Assembly: GCA_035285865.1 (NCBI GenBank)
Contig: JAYKHS010000017.1
Location: forward strand, 1-64,000
Source of the DNA: Candidatus Sericytochromatia bacterium
GTDB lineage: Bacteria; Cyanobacteriota; Sericytochromatia; S15B-MN24; VGJW01
Length of the DNA stretch: 64,000 nt
Reading direction: 5' to 3'
Made by a program: the position numbers and the translations under genes. The notes under the pieces were generated by a model. That model was not told where the DNA came from. It saw nothing but the letters and a program-made list of their open reading frames with translations, and searched no databases. The stretch's first letter is position 1. Each line of letters begins with the position of its first letter. This document shows positions 19,824 to 32,743 of this stretch, piece after piece.

Positions 19824-20914
19824 AGATTGGAAACCGAGTTGTCGACGATGACGGGCAGGCGTTGAAGGACGCGCTTGCCGCTTGCGGCGTGTCCGATGAA
19901 ATCCAGATTGGTGGGGCCCAGAGGCATGGGCCACGAGTCGAAACGACCCCTCCACGACGTGGGGGCGTCGACGGTGCAGAGCAGTCGCCGCGACGGGATG
20001 ATGGTCCAGACCTCGCAGAGCGTGACGTCGGAGGGCATGCCGGTCAGGGCCACGTCCACCAGGCCCGAGATGCGCTGGGCTTCCTTGGCAACGCCATCAT
20101 TCGTGCCCACGGCCGAGATGCGGAAGACCAGGGACGCGTCGTCCGGCCTCTCGAAGATGTTGTTGTAGTCGTCGGCCACTTGTTCGTCACTGGAACCGAG
20201 CTTGTCCAGAATCGAGCTCGGCGGCGCAGGAGTGGACCCCGGTGCGGGCGTGGTACCCGGCGAGGGAGCGGGGGTGGCCTTGAGCGCTTCGGGGTCGGTG
20301 GGCTTGAGTGTCTCTGGGAGCAAGGGTGCGATCTCTTCGGGGGGCAGCGTGCCGAGGCGCTCGCGCAGATCCTTCTCGAACTCGGCCAGCTTGTCCGGCT
20401 TCACGAGGTCCAGCAGATCGTTGCGGCCCGAAAGTGCCGGATCCGGCTTCAACAGGCCATTTGCTGCGATCTTGTCGACCAGTAGGGACGAGGCCAGGTC
20501 CACGCGGACGCACTCGACGCTGGTCGTGGGGAAGACCAGTTTCTCCACGGTCTGAGGGGTGCTGGTGCCTGTCATGCTGATGCGCAGGATGCTGGCACCG
20601 CCTCTGGGTACGTCATCGATCTGGAAGTTGCCGTCGGCGTCCGCGATCGTCACGGAGACCGTAGTCTTGAAGTCGGTGTCCAGCAGTACCACCCTTGCCC
20701 CGGCCGCGGGCATCTCGCTCAGGGCCTTGCCATCGGCGGAGGCCACCGGGATCCTGGCGCGTCCGATGAGCCGCGCCGTACCGTCCGTCAGGATGGCGGA
20801 GAACTGTTCGTTGACGTTGAGCAGGCTGGGCTTGGGCAAGACGGGCGACGCGCATGCGGCAGCCAAAGCCAAGGCCATCAGGCCCGGAAGGCGCGGCAGG
20901 AACCGGGCGCTCAC
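19811..20914 (-). CDS. Uncharacterised lipoprotein with carboxypeptidase-regulatory-like domain
   Basis: Lipobox AAAC; AGARVVL...ADADGNF; start and stop overlap both neighbours. Confidence 0.75.
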   Translation of the reverse strand: MSARFLPRLPGLMALALAAACASPVLPKPSLLNVNEQFSAILTDGTARLIGRARIPVASADGKALSEMPAAGARVVLLDTDFKTTVSVTIADADGNFQIDDVPRGGASILRISMTGTSTPQTVEKLVFPTTSVECVRVDLASSLLVDKIAANGLLKPDPALSGRNDLLDLVKPDKLAEFEKDLRERLGTLPPEEIAPLLPETLKPTDPEALKATPAPSPGTTPAPGSTPAPPSSILDKLGSSDEQVADDYNNIFERPDDASLVFRISAVGTNDGVAKEAQRISGLVDVALTGMPSDVTLCEVWTIIPSRRLLCTVDAPTSWRGRFDSWPMPLGPTNLDFIGHAASGKRVLQRLPVIVDNSVSNLCKD

Positions 20915-23613
20915 TGAAGCCCTGCCTGTTCCGTCGACCCGAGGGGTGATGCGTTGTTGAGTCCCCCGAACAACTGCAGGAAGTTGCCCACGATAGCGGC
21001 GGCCTGGAAGCCACGGGCCGTACCCAGCGTGACTCCGGGAACAACCGAGAAGGAGCCGAGTGTACCGTCGGCGGCGATCGTTGCGACCTCGACCGAGTTG
21101 ACGCCCGTGTAACTAGAGGTCTGGGTTCCGCCGATCACATAGAGCTTGTTGCCCGACACGACCAGCGCCGGTGCGGCCCGAGCGACGTTCAGGCTGTTGG
21201 CGTAGGTCGAGAAGTTCCCCGTGGCTTCGTCATTCGTGGTGTCGATGGCGCAGCGCTCGATCGAGGCCAAGGCCGATCCGTTGCGGTCCGACTGACCGCC
21301 GATGGCGTAGATGTAGCTGCCCAGAACCACCAGGCCCATCCGTGCACGCGCCGTGACGAGGCCCGGACCGTTGTTGCCGAAGCCGCCGATATCATAGGTG
21401 TTCGAATTGAGCGAGCCGGTGCGGCACGCCGAGACGGCGCTGTTTCCGTCGAGGCCGCCCACCAGGTAGAGGTTTGTGCCTACCGTGACGGCGTTTGCAC
21501 CGGAGACCTGTGCGACCGAGAGGCTGCCGTCGGCAAAGGTGCCGAGCGAGCCGTCCGCATTGACAGGCGCCTTGATGACCTTGGGGGCATTGTTCGGTGC
21601 GCTGCTGGGCAGGCCGCCCGCGAAGACCCACAGGTTGGTTCCGAGGACGCCCGAGCTGAAGTTGACGCGACCGTAATCCAGATTTCCGCTAGAGGAAAAT
21701 GAGCCGAGGGCACCAGCCGAATCGATCGTCGCCCGTTGCACGGTCGAGAGAATGCTGACGTCCGCCGCGCAGCCGCCACCGCTCACGATGCCGGCGCCGC
21801 AGCCGCCAAAGACGTTGACGGATGCGCCCAGCACGGCTGCCCCGTTCCCGAATCGCGGGGTGAAGGTCGCCGTTCCGGCGCCGAACGTGGACAGGTTGCC
21901 TGAACCGTTCACTGAGGTGAACTCGACATTGCCCAGCGTGGTCCCGGCCGCACCTGTGCCACCGACAACGTGCAGACTGTCCCCATTGACCACCGCGGCA
22001 AAATCCGCCCGAGCCGTGGCCAGCGTGACCCCGGCCATGGTGGCGAAGGAACCGGGACCCGAAACGCCGAGCGTGCTGCTCTCGACGCTGGTCACGGGGC
22101 TGTTACCCGTGGTTCGCCCGCCGATGACGACGTATTTGGTGCCCATGAACTGCCCGACGGCACCTTCGCGAGCGGTCTGAAGGGCGACCGTGCTGGTGCT
22201 GAAGGCGCCGAGCGATCCGTCCGCGTTGACGGCAGCCGATTCGATGCTGGACAGCGGACCCGAGGCGCCCTTGCCGCCGATCAGGTAGATGCGCCCCCCG
22301 AAGAGCAGGGGCAGCGTCCGACTGCGTGCCGTGACCAGCGTACCGCTGACGCTTGAGAAGGAGCCCGTCAGGACTCCGGACGAATTGATCGGAGCCCGCT
22401 CGATCGAGTTCCGGGGCGTGCCGCCGGATTCGCCCCCGAAGACGTAGAGGTAGTCGCCGATGACGGCAGCGGCCGGGTAGGCACGTGTCGAGCCCATCGT
22501 CTGGCTGGCCGAGAAGGCTCCGGGAGAGTCGTCTCCCTGCCATGTGCTGGTCTCGGTGCTGGCCAGTGCCGAGCCTGCCGCCTGGCCACCGATGGCCAGG
22601 ATGGAACCACCGTAATTGATCCATGCGGCGCCTTCCCGCGCGGCCACAAGTGTCTGAGCCGTGGTGGCAAAACTCTGCATGGTGCCATCGGCATTGCGCA
22701 GGGCGCGATATACGGTATTGGCCGCGGTCGAGGCATTCGCTCCACCCAACACGTAGGTGAACTGACCCCGCTGCAGCAAGCCGTGGCCTGCCCGAGCGGC
22801 GGGCAGGATCGGAGCGGTTCGGGCCAAGGTTGCCTGGTTGTAGAACTTGGCAAAGGGCAAGCTGAGCGCCTGCGTGTATTCGGCGATCCGGATGGACTGG
22901 CTGTTGGACGTGCCCTCAGGGTCCGTGAAGGAGACTGTACCGGTGGTCGCACTGCACGGCACCACGAAATAGGCCTGACGGGACGACAGGACCACAAGCG
23001 GCGTCGTTGCGTTCGAGGGCACGAACGTGACGGTGGCCGGCGCCTCGAAGTGGCCCTGGACGTAGATGACGCTGCCGCATTCGTAGAGTTCATCCGGGAA
23101 GTTGCGCCAGTCCGACAGGACGGGCGACATCAGCGTCAGCGTTACCTCGTTGTTGCCCGAGAGCAGGGTGATTCCGGCCTGATAGCCCTTGGCCACCTTG
23201 TTGCCCGTCCCGTTCGCGCCGTCGTAGAGTGCGGCGTTGATTGCGTAGCCGGAACCGGACTTGAGGCTGGTGAAGGCCGCCGTGACGGTGCTGCCACCCG
23301 CCTGGTTGACGGTACGGGTGATGGTGCTGGGCAACAGGGTGGTGTCGCCATTGGTCAGCGACATCACGATGCTGGCCCAGCTGCCCGGCAGGGTCTGGCT
23401 GGAACGGGCAGGCAGGCGAACGGAGACCGTGAGGCCCGAAGGCTGGCCGCGGACGATCCTGTAGGGCGTCTCGGCGGAGCCGAGGCGCGTGACCGTTGTC
23501 CCGAGGTGGGGCTGGGGCACCCAGCATCCCACCAGGGACAACACGATCGCGATGAAGGGCCAGAGGACGTACAGTGGTCCTCGCCCCGTCTCCCGGGGCC
23601 GCACTTGGGACAA
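20911..23613 (-). CDS. Lipoprotein with IPT/TIG and about two Kelch beta-propellers
   Basis: Lipobox LVGC; roughly 12 YhhGG Kelch repeats with RAxhNxDGxLGxF spacers. Confidence 0.85.
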   Translation of the reverse strand: MSQVRPRETGRGPLYVLWPFIAIVLSLVGCWVPQPHLGTTVTRLGSAETPYRIVRGQPSGLTVSVRLPARSSQTLPGSWASIVMSLTNGDTTLLPSTITRTVNQAGGSTVTAAFTSLKSGSGYAINAALYDGANGTGNKVAKGYQAGITLLSGNNEVTLTLMSPVLSDWRNFPDELYECGSVIYVQGHFEAPATVTFVPSNATTPLVVLSSRQAYFVVPCSATTGTVSFTDPEGTSNSQSIRIAEYTQALSLPFAKFYNQATLARTAPILPAARAGHGLLQRGQFTYVLGGANASTAANTVYRALRNADGTMQSFATTAQTLVAAREGAAWINYGGSILAIGGQAAGSALASTETSTWQGDDSPGAFSASQTMGSTRAYPAAAVIGDYLYVFGGESGGTPRNSIERAPINSSGVLTGSFSSVSGTLVTARSRTLPLLFGGRIYLIGGKGASGPLSSIESAAVNADGSLGAFSTSTVALQTAREGAVGQFMGTKYVVIGGRTTGNSPVTSVESSTLGVSGPGSFATMAGVTLATARADFAAVVNGDSLHVVGGTGAAGTTLGNVEFTSVNGSGNLSTFGAGTATFTPRFGNGAAVLGASVNVFGGCGAGIVSGGGCAADVSILSTVQRATIDSAGALGSFSSSGNLDYGRVNFSSGVLGTNLWVFAGGLPSSAPNNAPKVIKAPVNADGSLGTFADGSLSVAQVSGANAVTVGTNLYLVGGLDGNSAVSACRTGSLNSNTYDIGGFGNNGPGLVTARARMGLVVLGSYIYAIGGQSDRNGSALASIERCAIDTTNDEATGNFSTYANSLNVARAAPALVVSGNKLYVIGGTQTSSYTGVNSVEVATIAADGTLGSFSVVPGVTLGTARGFQAAAIVGNFLQLFGGLNNASPLGSTEQAGLQ

Positions 23614-23616
23614 ACC

Positions 23617-24516
23617 CTACTGCAGCTTCAGTTCGATGGCGGCGGCGCCACCCACCGAGACCGGCGTCAGGATGCTTTCGCCGACCACCGCGCCCAGATC
23701 GTCCACGATCTGGAATTTGATGCGGCTCTGCTGGGTGCCGGTTTCCGTCAAGCCGGTCATGGGGTTGAAGCCCAGGTTGGTGACGGCCGAGGTGTCCCAA
23801 GTGAAGCTGTCGAAGGGCGCACTCGTGGTCGCCACCAGAGTGTCTGCGGCGGCCGGGTTCGTCAGGTCGTCCGAAGCTCCGTCGCCGATGTAGACCCGCA
23901 TGCTGAGCGAGCGCGAGGCGTTGTCGCCCACAAGGTACTTGGTGTGCTCGTCAGAGGCAAAGCCCGTGTCGAAGGTGACGGTGTCCCCCTTGGAGATGAA
24001 CCAGTTGCCAGACGTACCCACGGTGTTGCCTTGGTTCGAGTTGGTGATAGCGATGTCGCCGCTGGCGCTCATGATGACGTTCACCACGTTGGTGCCCGCC
24101 ACCAGCGTCAGGGCCGAGCGGCGGCCGGTGCTGACGATGCTGCCCGCATTGAAGAGCGAGATGTCCACCCCATAGCCCGGGCCCGTGCGCAGCCTGGTGA
24201 ACGACGTCGAACCCGACGCGATGATCTGTGGCGATGAAGTGGTGGCGAAGTTCACGGTGCGCACGAGGCTGCCGGTCAGCAGGCTGGCGTTGGACAGCGT
24301 TACGGAGGCCGAGGCGTAGTTGGCAGGAAGCTTCTGGACGGTGCGGTACGAGCCAGGGGTGGCCTGCATCAGGTTGACGAACAAACGGGTCCTGGTAAGG
24401 TCCACACCTCGGATGGTGGCTTCGCGGACCTTGGAGAAGACGGTCTGAGAGGCCACGGTGGTGGTCGCGCACGACGCGAGCAGGATGGCGGCGGGAGCCC
24501 ACTTGAGATGGTTCAT
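23617..24516 (-). CDS. Uncharacterised beta-rich lipoprotein (candidate pilin-like subunit)
   Basis: Lipobox LASC; RLFVNL...YRTVQKLP; N-domain resembles the 20911 gene; ends GAAAIELKLQ. Confidence 0.8.
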   Translation of the reverse strand: MNHLKWAPAAILLASCATTTVASQTVFSKVREATIRGVDLTRTRLFVNLMQATPGSYRTVQKLPANYASASVTLSNASLLTGSLVRTVNFATTSSPQIIASGSTSFTRLRTGPGYGVDISLFNAGSIVSTGRRSALTLVAGTNVVNVIMSASGDIAITNSNQGNTVGTSGNWFISKGDTVTFDTGFASDEHTKYLVGDNASRSLSMRVYIGDGASDDLTNPAAADTLVATTSAPFDSFTWDTSAVTNLGFNPMTGLTETGTQQSRIKFQIVDDLGAVVGESILTPVSVGGAAAIELKLQ

Positions 24517-24550
24517 CGGATCAAATCCCTCGAAGGATGGTTGCCAGCAC

Positions 24551-24567
24551 CTTGTCAGTCTGACAAG
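24551..24567. promoter_or_regulatory. Perfect inverted repeat, candidate operator
   Basis: CTTGTCA-GTC-TGACAAG, 35-50 nt upstream of the 24516 start. Confidence 0.35.
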
Positions 24568-24609
24568 CAGCAGTATGACGTGTCAACTACCCTTAGCGGG
24601 TATGGGGTT

Positions 24610-25371
24610 TCAGGTCGCGTCGCCCGTGCCCGTGATGGCCGCGGCGCGCGTGAACTCCCGGTTCAGGCGACCGATCGCCGAGATGCGGATGCCCGCCGGA
24701 CAGACGGCCTCGCACTCGCCATGATTGCTGCAGCCCCCGAATCCCGACTCGTCCATGGCCTGAACCATGCCGAGCACTCGGCTCTCGCGCTCGGCCTGAC
24801 CCTGAGGCAGCAGGGCCAAATGGGAGACCTTGGCCCCGACGAACAGCATGGCCGACGAGTTGGGACACGCCGCGACGCAGGCGCCGCAGCCGATGCAGGC
24901 TGCCGACTCCATGGCGAGGTCCGCGTTCTGCTTGGGCACGGGCAGGGCATTGGCATCCTGCGCCGAGCCGACGCGTGCCGTGATGAATCCGCCCGCCTGC
25001 TGGATGCGGTCCAGGGCCGAGCGGTCCACGACCAAGTCCTTGAGGACGGGAAAGGCTGCCGCACGGAAGGGTTCGACGACGATCGTGTCGCCGTCCTTGA
25101 AGTGGCGCATGTAGAGGCCGCAGGTCGTGACGTTGTTGACCGGGCCGTGGGCCGAGCCGTTGATGACCATCGAGCACGAGCCGCAGATGCCCTCGCGACA
25201 GTCGTGGTCGAAGGCCACGGGCTCTTCGCCCCGCCCGATGAGGTGCTCGTTGACGATGTCCATCATCTCGAGGAACGAGGCGTCGGCCGGGATGTTCTCG
25301 GCCTTGTAGTCGACGAAGCGTCCCTCGGCACGGGGGCCGTCCTGACGCCAGACACGCAGGTTGAAGTTCAT
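24610..25371 (-). CDS. sdhB: Succinate dehydrogenase/fumarate reductase iron-sulfur subunit
   Basis: [34 protein letters not shown]. Confidence 0.96.
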   Translation of the reverse strand: MNFNLRVWRQDGPRAEGRFVDYKAENIPADASFLEMMDIVNEHLIGRGEEPVAFDHDCREGICGSCSMVINGSAHGPVNNVTTCGLYMRHFKDGDTIVVEPFRAAAFPVLKDLVVDRSALDRIQQAGGFITARVGSAQDANALPVPKQNADLAMESAACIGCGACVAACPNSSAMLFVGAKVSHLALLPQGQAERESRVLGMVQAMDESGFGGCSNHGECEAVCPAGIRISAIGRLNREFTRAAAITGTGDAT

Positions 25372-25373
25372 GG

Positions 25374-27347
<1,974 letters not shown>

Positions 27348-27363
27348 GGTCTGGGTGTCCGGT

Positions 27364-28110
27364 TCAGAGGGCCTTGAGGTGGCCGGCGAGGACGGCGACG
27401 GGGATGGAGGCGAAGCCCGCGAAGAGCAGCCACGAGACGGTGATGCCGGCCTTGGCCCAGGTCGGCTTCAGCCGGGCGTTCGACAGTCCGAGGGTCTGGA
27501 AGGCGCTTTGGAAGCCGTGGCTCAGGTGGAGGCAAAGGAGGAACATCGACAGGATGTAGAAGAACGAGACGCCCGGGTGGCTGAATCCGGCCACGACCAT
27601 GTTGTAGACGTTCTCGCCGCCGTAGGTCTCGCCCCCGGCAGGCGTCGCGAGCGGGGCCTCGTGGGCCGCGGTCGCCGCTGCGTGTACCGTGCGGGCGGTG
27701 TAGTGCAGCAGGTGGTAGATGATGAACGACAGCAGGGTGAGGCCGCTCAGGATCATGCTGCGGGAAGCCACCGTCGAGCGCTGGGGTGCCGCGACTGCGT
27801 ACTTCTGGGGGCGCGCCGCGCGGTTCTCGCGCGTCAGGCGGGCCGTCGTCGCGACGTGCAGGATCACCGAGGCCAGCAGGATGGCCCGCACCACCCACTT
27901 CGCCGCCCCGTGCCCCAGGTGATCGAGCCATTCGGCGTAGTCGTTGATGGCCTCGGGGCCTTGGAACATCAGCAGATTGCCGGCCAGATGGATGAACAGG
28001 AAGCCGATGAGGATGAAGCCCGTAACGGCCACCACGGCCTTCTTGCCGATGGTGGTGCCGTAGTAGGCGGCAAGGGGGTTCGTGGAGATGAATGCGTTTC
28101 GGGCGGCCAT
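27364..28110 (-). CDS. sdhC: Succinate dehydrogenase cytochrome b subunit (single 5-TM anchor type)
   Basis: GKKxxxAVTG, HLAGN, heme-ligand His residues, [14 protein letters not shown]; adjacent to sdhA. Confidence 0.95.
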   Translation of the reverse strand: MAARNAFISTNPLAAYYGTTIGKKAVVAVTGFILIGFLFIHLAGNLLMFQGPEAINDYAEWLDHLGHGAAKWVVRAILLASVILHVATTARLTRENRAARPQKYAVAAPQRSTVASRSMILSGLTLLSFIIYHLLHYTARTVHAAATAAHEAPLATPAGGETYGGENVYNMVVAGFSHPGVSFFYILSMFLLCLHLSHGFQSAFQTLGLSNARLKPTWAKAGITVSWLLFAGFASIPVAVLAGHLKAL

Positions 28111-28200
28111 GGCGGTCCATGCTAATGCCGCCCGGGGAAGGGGTCAAACAGCCGTCATGCCGGCGCAAGTCGCGTGCTCTCCGTGGCGATGACAAGGTTG

Positions 28201-29187
28201 ATGAGTCCCTTTCCCCTGAACTGGGGGCGGCCAGCCGATCGGCATACTTTGCCGAGGCCAGGTGTCCGTCCGACTGCCCCGCAATCTTCGCCAGTGGTTG
28301 CGGCTCCGCCGGTTCCCGTGCGGCCTGCGGCCTCCCGCGTCGACCGCGCCAGCCTGTCGCCGTCCGCCGGAGTGCGCACCGCCGAAGGGCTTCAGGCAGT
28401 GTTGGCCCGGGTGATGGACCAGCACGCATTTCAGGATGCCTCGGTGGTCATTCGTGACGTGACGACCGGGGACATGGGGACCTGGAGGGCCGCATCCATT
28501 CGGCCCAGTGCCTCCATCGCGAAACTCTACGTGATGGTCGAAATGGAACGGCAGCGTGTCGAAGCAGGCCTGGATCCCGAAATGCGCGTTCGCATCCGCC
28601 CCGAGAACATGACCGAGACGTGGTTGCCGGTCCTCAAGGCAGGAGACGAGGTTTCCGTCCAGCGTCTGGTGGACCTGATGATCACCCGGTCCGACAACGT
28701 GGCCACCAACACCCTGATGGATGTGCTGGGCCGTCAGAACATCAACGCCACCATGGCGCGCCTTGGTTGGCCCGATCTGCAACTAAACCGCAAGCTTGGC
28801 GGCGCTGCGCCCATCCCTGATCCCGGCTACGTCGGCGGACGCAATCAGGTGCGTGCGGATCAGGTGTCCGACCTGCTGGCCCGCATCGAGGAGGGCCGTC
28901 TGATCACGCCCGAGGCTTCCGCCCGAATGAAGGAAATCCTGGGTCGGCAGATGGACAACGACAAGATTCCTGCAGCCCTGCCGCCCGATGCGCGGGTCTA
29001 TCACAAGACTGGCGAGACCTCTCGCGTCACGCACGATACCGGCATCGTGGTCCTGGGAGGCCGCAGGCTGGTGCTCTCCATTCTGTCCGAGAGGCCACCG
29101 GGCGGCACCACCTATCGGACCTTCGCCAATGTTGCCCGTGACTTGGTCCTGGAGGCCCGCAGGCAACCGGTTTCTCCCCGCCCCTGA
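28201..29187 (+). CDS. Serine hydrolase, class A beta-lactamase-like family
   Basis: ASIAK (SxxK), SDN, HKTG; Pro-rich N-terminus without a signal peptide. Confidence 0.9.
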   Translation: MSPFPLNWGRPADRHTLPRPGVRPTAPQSSPVVAAPPVPVRPAASRVDRASLSPSAGVRTAEGLQAVLARVMDQHAFQDASVVIRDVTTGDMGTWRAASIRPSASIAKLYVMVEMERQRVEAGLDPEMRVRIRPENMTETWLPVLKAGDEVSVQRLVDLMITRSDNVATNTLMDVLGRQNINATMARLGWPDLQLNRKLGGAAPIPDPGYVGGRNQVRADQVSDLLARIEEGRLITPEASARMKEILGRQMDNDKIPAALPPDARVYHKTGETSRVTHDTGIVVLGGRRLVLSILSERPPGGTTYRTFANVARDLVLEARRQPVSPRP

Positions 29188-29245
29188 GGTCCTTGGCGCG
29201 TTCGCGATCACGGTTCCGGACGCCAACGCATGGCACGATGGCGGC

Positions 29246-30307
29246 ATGACGCTGACCTTGTCCCTGTTGCCGCCCGACATCCAGAACTGGGTGATGGCCG
29301 AAGTGCCCGACATGACGGGTCGTACGGCCCTCGTCACGGGTGCCAGCAGCGGCATCGGTCTTGAAGCGGCGCGCCTGCTGGCCTATCGCGGGGCGCGTGT
29401 CTTCATGGCGTGCCGCAACCCGGACAAGGGCGAGGAGGCCCTTGCGGCCATCCGGGCCGTCGTGCCCGGGGCACTCGTCGAGCTGCTGCCGCTGGATCTG
29501 GCGAGCCTCGGCAGCGTGCGGGCCGCCGCCGAGACGGTCGGTGAGGAGCTTGAGGCTTTGGACCTGCTCATCAACAATGCCGGTGTCATGGCCGTGCCCC
29601 GCGCGACCACGGCCGAGGGCCACGAGTTGCAGTTCGGGACCAACCACCTCGGTCACTTCGCGCTCACGGCCCATCTCTGGCCGCTGCTGATGGCGGCCCC
29701 TGCCGCACGCGTCGTCCAAGTCAGCAGCACGGCTCATCGCGCCGGTCGCATGGCCTTCGACGACCTGATGGGCGTGCGTCGCTACGACAAGTTCCGTGCC
29801 TATGCCCAGAGCAAGTTGGCGAACCTGCTGTTCATGGTCGCCTTGGTGAACAGGCGCGAACGGCAGGAGTTTCCGGTGATTCCGGTGGCATGTCATCCCG
29901 GATTTGCCGCCACCAATCTGATGGGCGGCGGCAAGGGGTCGGCCGTGGCCGATGCCCTTTTCACGATGGGGACGCGCCTGATCGGTCACTCGGCCCTGAT
30001 GGGGGCATTGCCCACGCTCAAGGCAGCGGCAGGCGGTGGCGTCGGGCCTGGGGACTACTTCGGTCCTGCCCTCGGGGGCATGCGGGGATTCCCGCGCCGT
30101 GAGCGACCGGCTGCCCACGCGCTTGTCGCCGAGGATGCGGAACGTCTGTGGCAGGCGTCCGAAGCGCTGTCGGGCGTGGTCTTCGCGACGCGCGCCGCGG
30201 CGGCCGTGGCGCCCCTGATGGTGTCGGGACCGGCGGCGGACGAAACGGTGGCCGAAGAGTGGGCCGCCGGAGATGCCTCCGCTCCGGAGGCGCAGGCCGA
30301 AACCTAG
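29246..30307 (+). CDS. Short-chain dehydrogenase/reductase (retinol-DH/WWOX-like)
   Basis: [23 protein letters not shown]. Confidence 0.93.
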   Translation: MTLTLSLLPPDIQNWVMAEVPDMTGRTALVTGASSGIGLEAARLLAYRGARVFMACRNPDKGEEALAAIRAVVPGALVELLPLDLASLGSVRAAAETVGEELEALDLLINNAGVMAVPRATTAEGHELQFGTNHLGHFALTAHLWPLLMAAPAARVVQVSSTAHRAGRMAFDDLMGVRRYDKFRAYAQSKLANLLFMVALVNRRERQEFPVIPVACHPGFAATNLMGGGKGSAVADALFTMGTRLIGHSALMGALPTLKAAAGGGVGPGDYFGPALGGMRGFPRRERPAAHALVAEDAERLWQASEALSGVVFATRAAAAVAPLMVSGPAADETVAEEWAAGDASAPEAQAET

Positions 30308-31149
30308 TTCGGCGGCGCGAGGAAGGGGAAGGTTCCCTTCAGGGGCTTGTGGCCCGTCCGTCCGTTCGGATAGCTGCCAAGGTTGGGGCCGTCGTAGCTG
30401 ACGCCGTCGCCCGCCGACCAGGTGGCATGGGCCGACCAGTAGCTGAGGCTGATGTCGAAGACGTCGTCCTTGAGGCGGCGGCCGCCGGTCAGGAACGGGG
30501 TTGCCGTCATCTCGTCAAGGGGTGTATTGGTGATCGTGCGGACCTGCGCACCATAGCCGCCGCTCGAGCCGGTCTCGATGCGCAGGACGTCAGGCAGGAA
30601 TGCCGCGAGCAGGGCAGAGCCCGTTGCGTCCAGGCTGCCCGAGGCATCCTTGTGGCCCAGCAGTTTTAGGCTGTCGCCCAGTGCATTGCGGATTCCCAGC
30701 GCGGTGCTGGTGCTTGCGATGTCCTCCGTGGGCGTCATGGTGTTCCAGACATCCTGGTCGGCCCCGTCGCGCAGCAGCAAGGACAGGCCCGGACGACCCG
30801 ACCGATCGACCTGCACCCAGCCGTTGGCGCCGAGCGTTTCCAGGGTCACGGGTGCCGCGGGCAACGGCACCACGCCGGCGTCCTTGCCGGCCGGACCCGT
30901 CTGGCCGCGTGCCCCGGGAGGCCCGGAAGGACCCACGTCCCCGGGTGCACCCGAGGGGCCCACGGGCCCCACGGAGCCCGTCGCTCCGGGAACACCCTGG
31001 GGGCCGGGGCTGCCGGTCGCACCGACGGTGCCGGGCGGCCCGGATGGGCCCGTGGCACCGGGCACACCGTCCTTGCCGGCGACGGTCGTGGCAGGACGGC
31101 AGGCTACCAGAGCGATCAGGGCGAGCCCGAGGGCGAGACCGGCTCTCAT
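30304..31149 (-). CDS. Lipoprotein with collagen-like repeat and the C-terminal half of DUF4331
   Basis: Lipobox LVAC; 22 Gly-X-Y triplets; [32 protein letters not shown]. Confidence 0.8.
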   Translation of the reverse strand: MRAGLALGLALIALVACRPATTVAGKDGVPGATGPSGPPGTVGATGSPGPQGVPGATGSVGPVGPSGAPGDVGPSGPPGARGQTGPAGKDAGVVPLPAAPVTLETLGANGWVQVDRSGRPGLSLLLRDGADQDVWNTMTPTEDIASTSTALGIRNALGDSLKLLGHKDASGSLDATGSALLAAFLPDVLRIETGSSGGYGAQVRTITNTPLDEMTATPFLTGGRRLKDDVFDISLSYWSAHATWSAGDGVSYDGPNLGSYPNGRTGHKPLKGTFPFLAPPN

Positions 31150-31919
31150 CGGGCCACCTCGATGGTCTGCCACGTGTCAAAGACCGTCGTGTTGACGGCC
31201 CCCTTGAGCAGGCTGGGAGGCAACGAGAGGGCGATGGCGAGGACGTTACGGCCAGCAGCCACGTCCGTGCCCTGTCCAGGCGAGGCGAAGGGGGCCGGCG
31301 CGGCACCGCCAGCCTCGAGACCGTCGAGGATCGAGAGGAATTTCGCGCGGTCGTGGAACGAGGGATCCTCCCGGAGGCCGGCAAAGGCCTTGAAGGAAAC
31401 CTTGGCTTGGCTGCCCAGGGTGAGTTCGGCGACGTGCACGAGGGCTCCCGTACCGACAGGCGGCGAAGTCAGCAGGGGTTCACCGTCGGTGTTCACCGTG
31501 ACGGAGGCGGTTGCTGCCGGGGCTGCGTGCTGGATAGCCGTGATGCGCATGGCCTGCTGGGTCCCCGACACGGCTCCGAAGTTGACACTGATCGTCAGGT
31601 CGGCCGTGCCCGGCGGCGTGGTGGTCGGGCCGCCCGTGACCCGGCTGACATGCAGGTTGTAACGCGCGTTGGTCGGGAAGGAGGGGACTCCGTTCAACGT
31701 CGTGCCCGGTGCCACGGTCATGATGGCGTCGATGTCGTTCGTGACGCTGCCGCCCTCGGCCTGTTCCGCGTCGCGGAACACGAAGAGATCCACCAGGTCG
31801 GTTTCGCGCTGGCTGGAGGCAATGGGACCGTCGAAGGCATCGAAGGCATGGGCCCGGTGCGCGGCGAACCCGGCAACCAGGACCCCGACGAGGGCCGTCG
31901 GCAGGGCATGTTGGCGCAT
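31146..31919 (-). CDS. Secreted DUF4331 family protein (N-terminal half)
   Basis: Signal peptide ending [28 protein letters not shown]. Start moved to MRQH at 31919. Confidence 0.8.
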   Translation of the reverse strand: MRQHALPTALVGVLVAGFAAHRAHAFDAFDGPIASSQRETDLVDLFVFRDAEQAEGGSVTNDIDAIMTVAPGTTLNGVPSFPTNARYNLHVSRVTGGPTTTPPGTADLTISVNFGAVSGTQQAMRITAIQHAAPAATASVTVNTDGEPLLTSPPVGTGALVHVAELTLGSQAKVSFKAFAGLREDPSFHDRAKFLSILDGLEAGGAAPAPFASPGQGTDVAAGRNVLAIALSLPPSLLKGAVNTTVFDTWQTIEVAR

Positions 31920-32068
31920 GCTGCCAGCATACCCGCTGCATTCGGATACGTCAGGCCATCGTGTGCTCCTGACCGGTCCTGCGCAAGCTGGCGTCCTGTT
32001 CGGTCGATACTCTTCGCAGGGGCTCTCCGGAGTGCTCCTTTGCCCTGCCTCGAAAGGATGCACGTCTC

Positions 32069-32740
32069 GTGCCCGATCGCTTCGTGACCTCCGCGTCGTC
32101 GCGCCTGGCCGCCGTGCCGCAGCTGCCCGTCCGTCCGCGGCCTGCCGATGATCCGGGACCCGAGCTTCCGGCCATGCAGGGAGATGTGCTGTCCTTGGGG
32201 GCCGCTGCCCACGCGCCGCAGGGCGAGCCCGGACCCGAAGCCGACCCGACCGATCCGTCGGCCCCGGCACCTGAGCCTGAGGCAACCGAGCCCGAGATCT
32301 CCGAGCGGGCCAAGGCCCAGATGAAGAAACTGGTGGACGTCGCCCGTCGGGCCGTAGGCGGCCGTCGACCGGGCGGCTACTGCTATCGCGCCGTGCACCT
32401 CTACCTGATGAGGGCGGGCTACGGGCATCTTCGACCGGACAGCATCCCGTGGACCCACACGCGCTATGCCCGACAGTTCGGCGATTATATGAACCAGGGC
32501 GACAACGCCGCCCGCCTTGGCCTGCGCAAGCTGCCCATCGACAATCCCTATGACGCACCGCCCGGGGCGGTCGTGGTGGTGCGTCCCGGCACGCCGGGCA
32601 CCCGCCATCCGAGGGCCGGCGACATCGCGGTTGCGGCCGGCAATGGCAAGTTCTACAACGACGGCAACATGAGTTACGGTGGTCCGGAAAACTTCCCGCC
32701 CGGCAACCGTCACGTCGTCGGCATCTACGTCCCGCAGTAG
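32069..32740 (+). CDS. Hypothetical protein, possible NlpC/P60-CHAP-like amidase
   Basis: GYCYRAV...APPGAVVV...HPRAGDIAV; AAAGGA RBS; disordered N-terminus. Confidence 0.55.
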   Translation: MPDRFVTSASSRLAAVPQLPVRPRPADDPGPELPAMQGDVLSLGAAAHAPQGEPGPEADPTDPSAPAPEPEATEPEISERAKAQMKKLVDVARRAVGGRRPGGYCYRAVHLYLMRAGYGHLRPDSIPWTHTRYARQFGDYMNQGDNAARLGLRKLPIDNPYDAPPGAVVVVRPGTPGTRHPRAGDIAVAAGNGKFYNDGNMSYGGPENFPPGNRHVVGIYVPQ

Positions 32741-32743
32741 GGA

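Noticed and set aside
28201..29187. Antibiotic-resistance beta-lactamase
   Set aside because: No signal peptide and no evident Glu166 omega-loop motif; more likely a PBP-like serine hydrolase.
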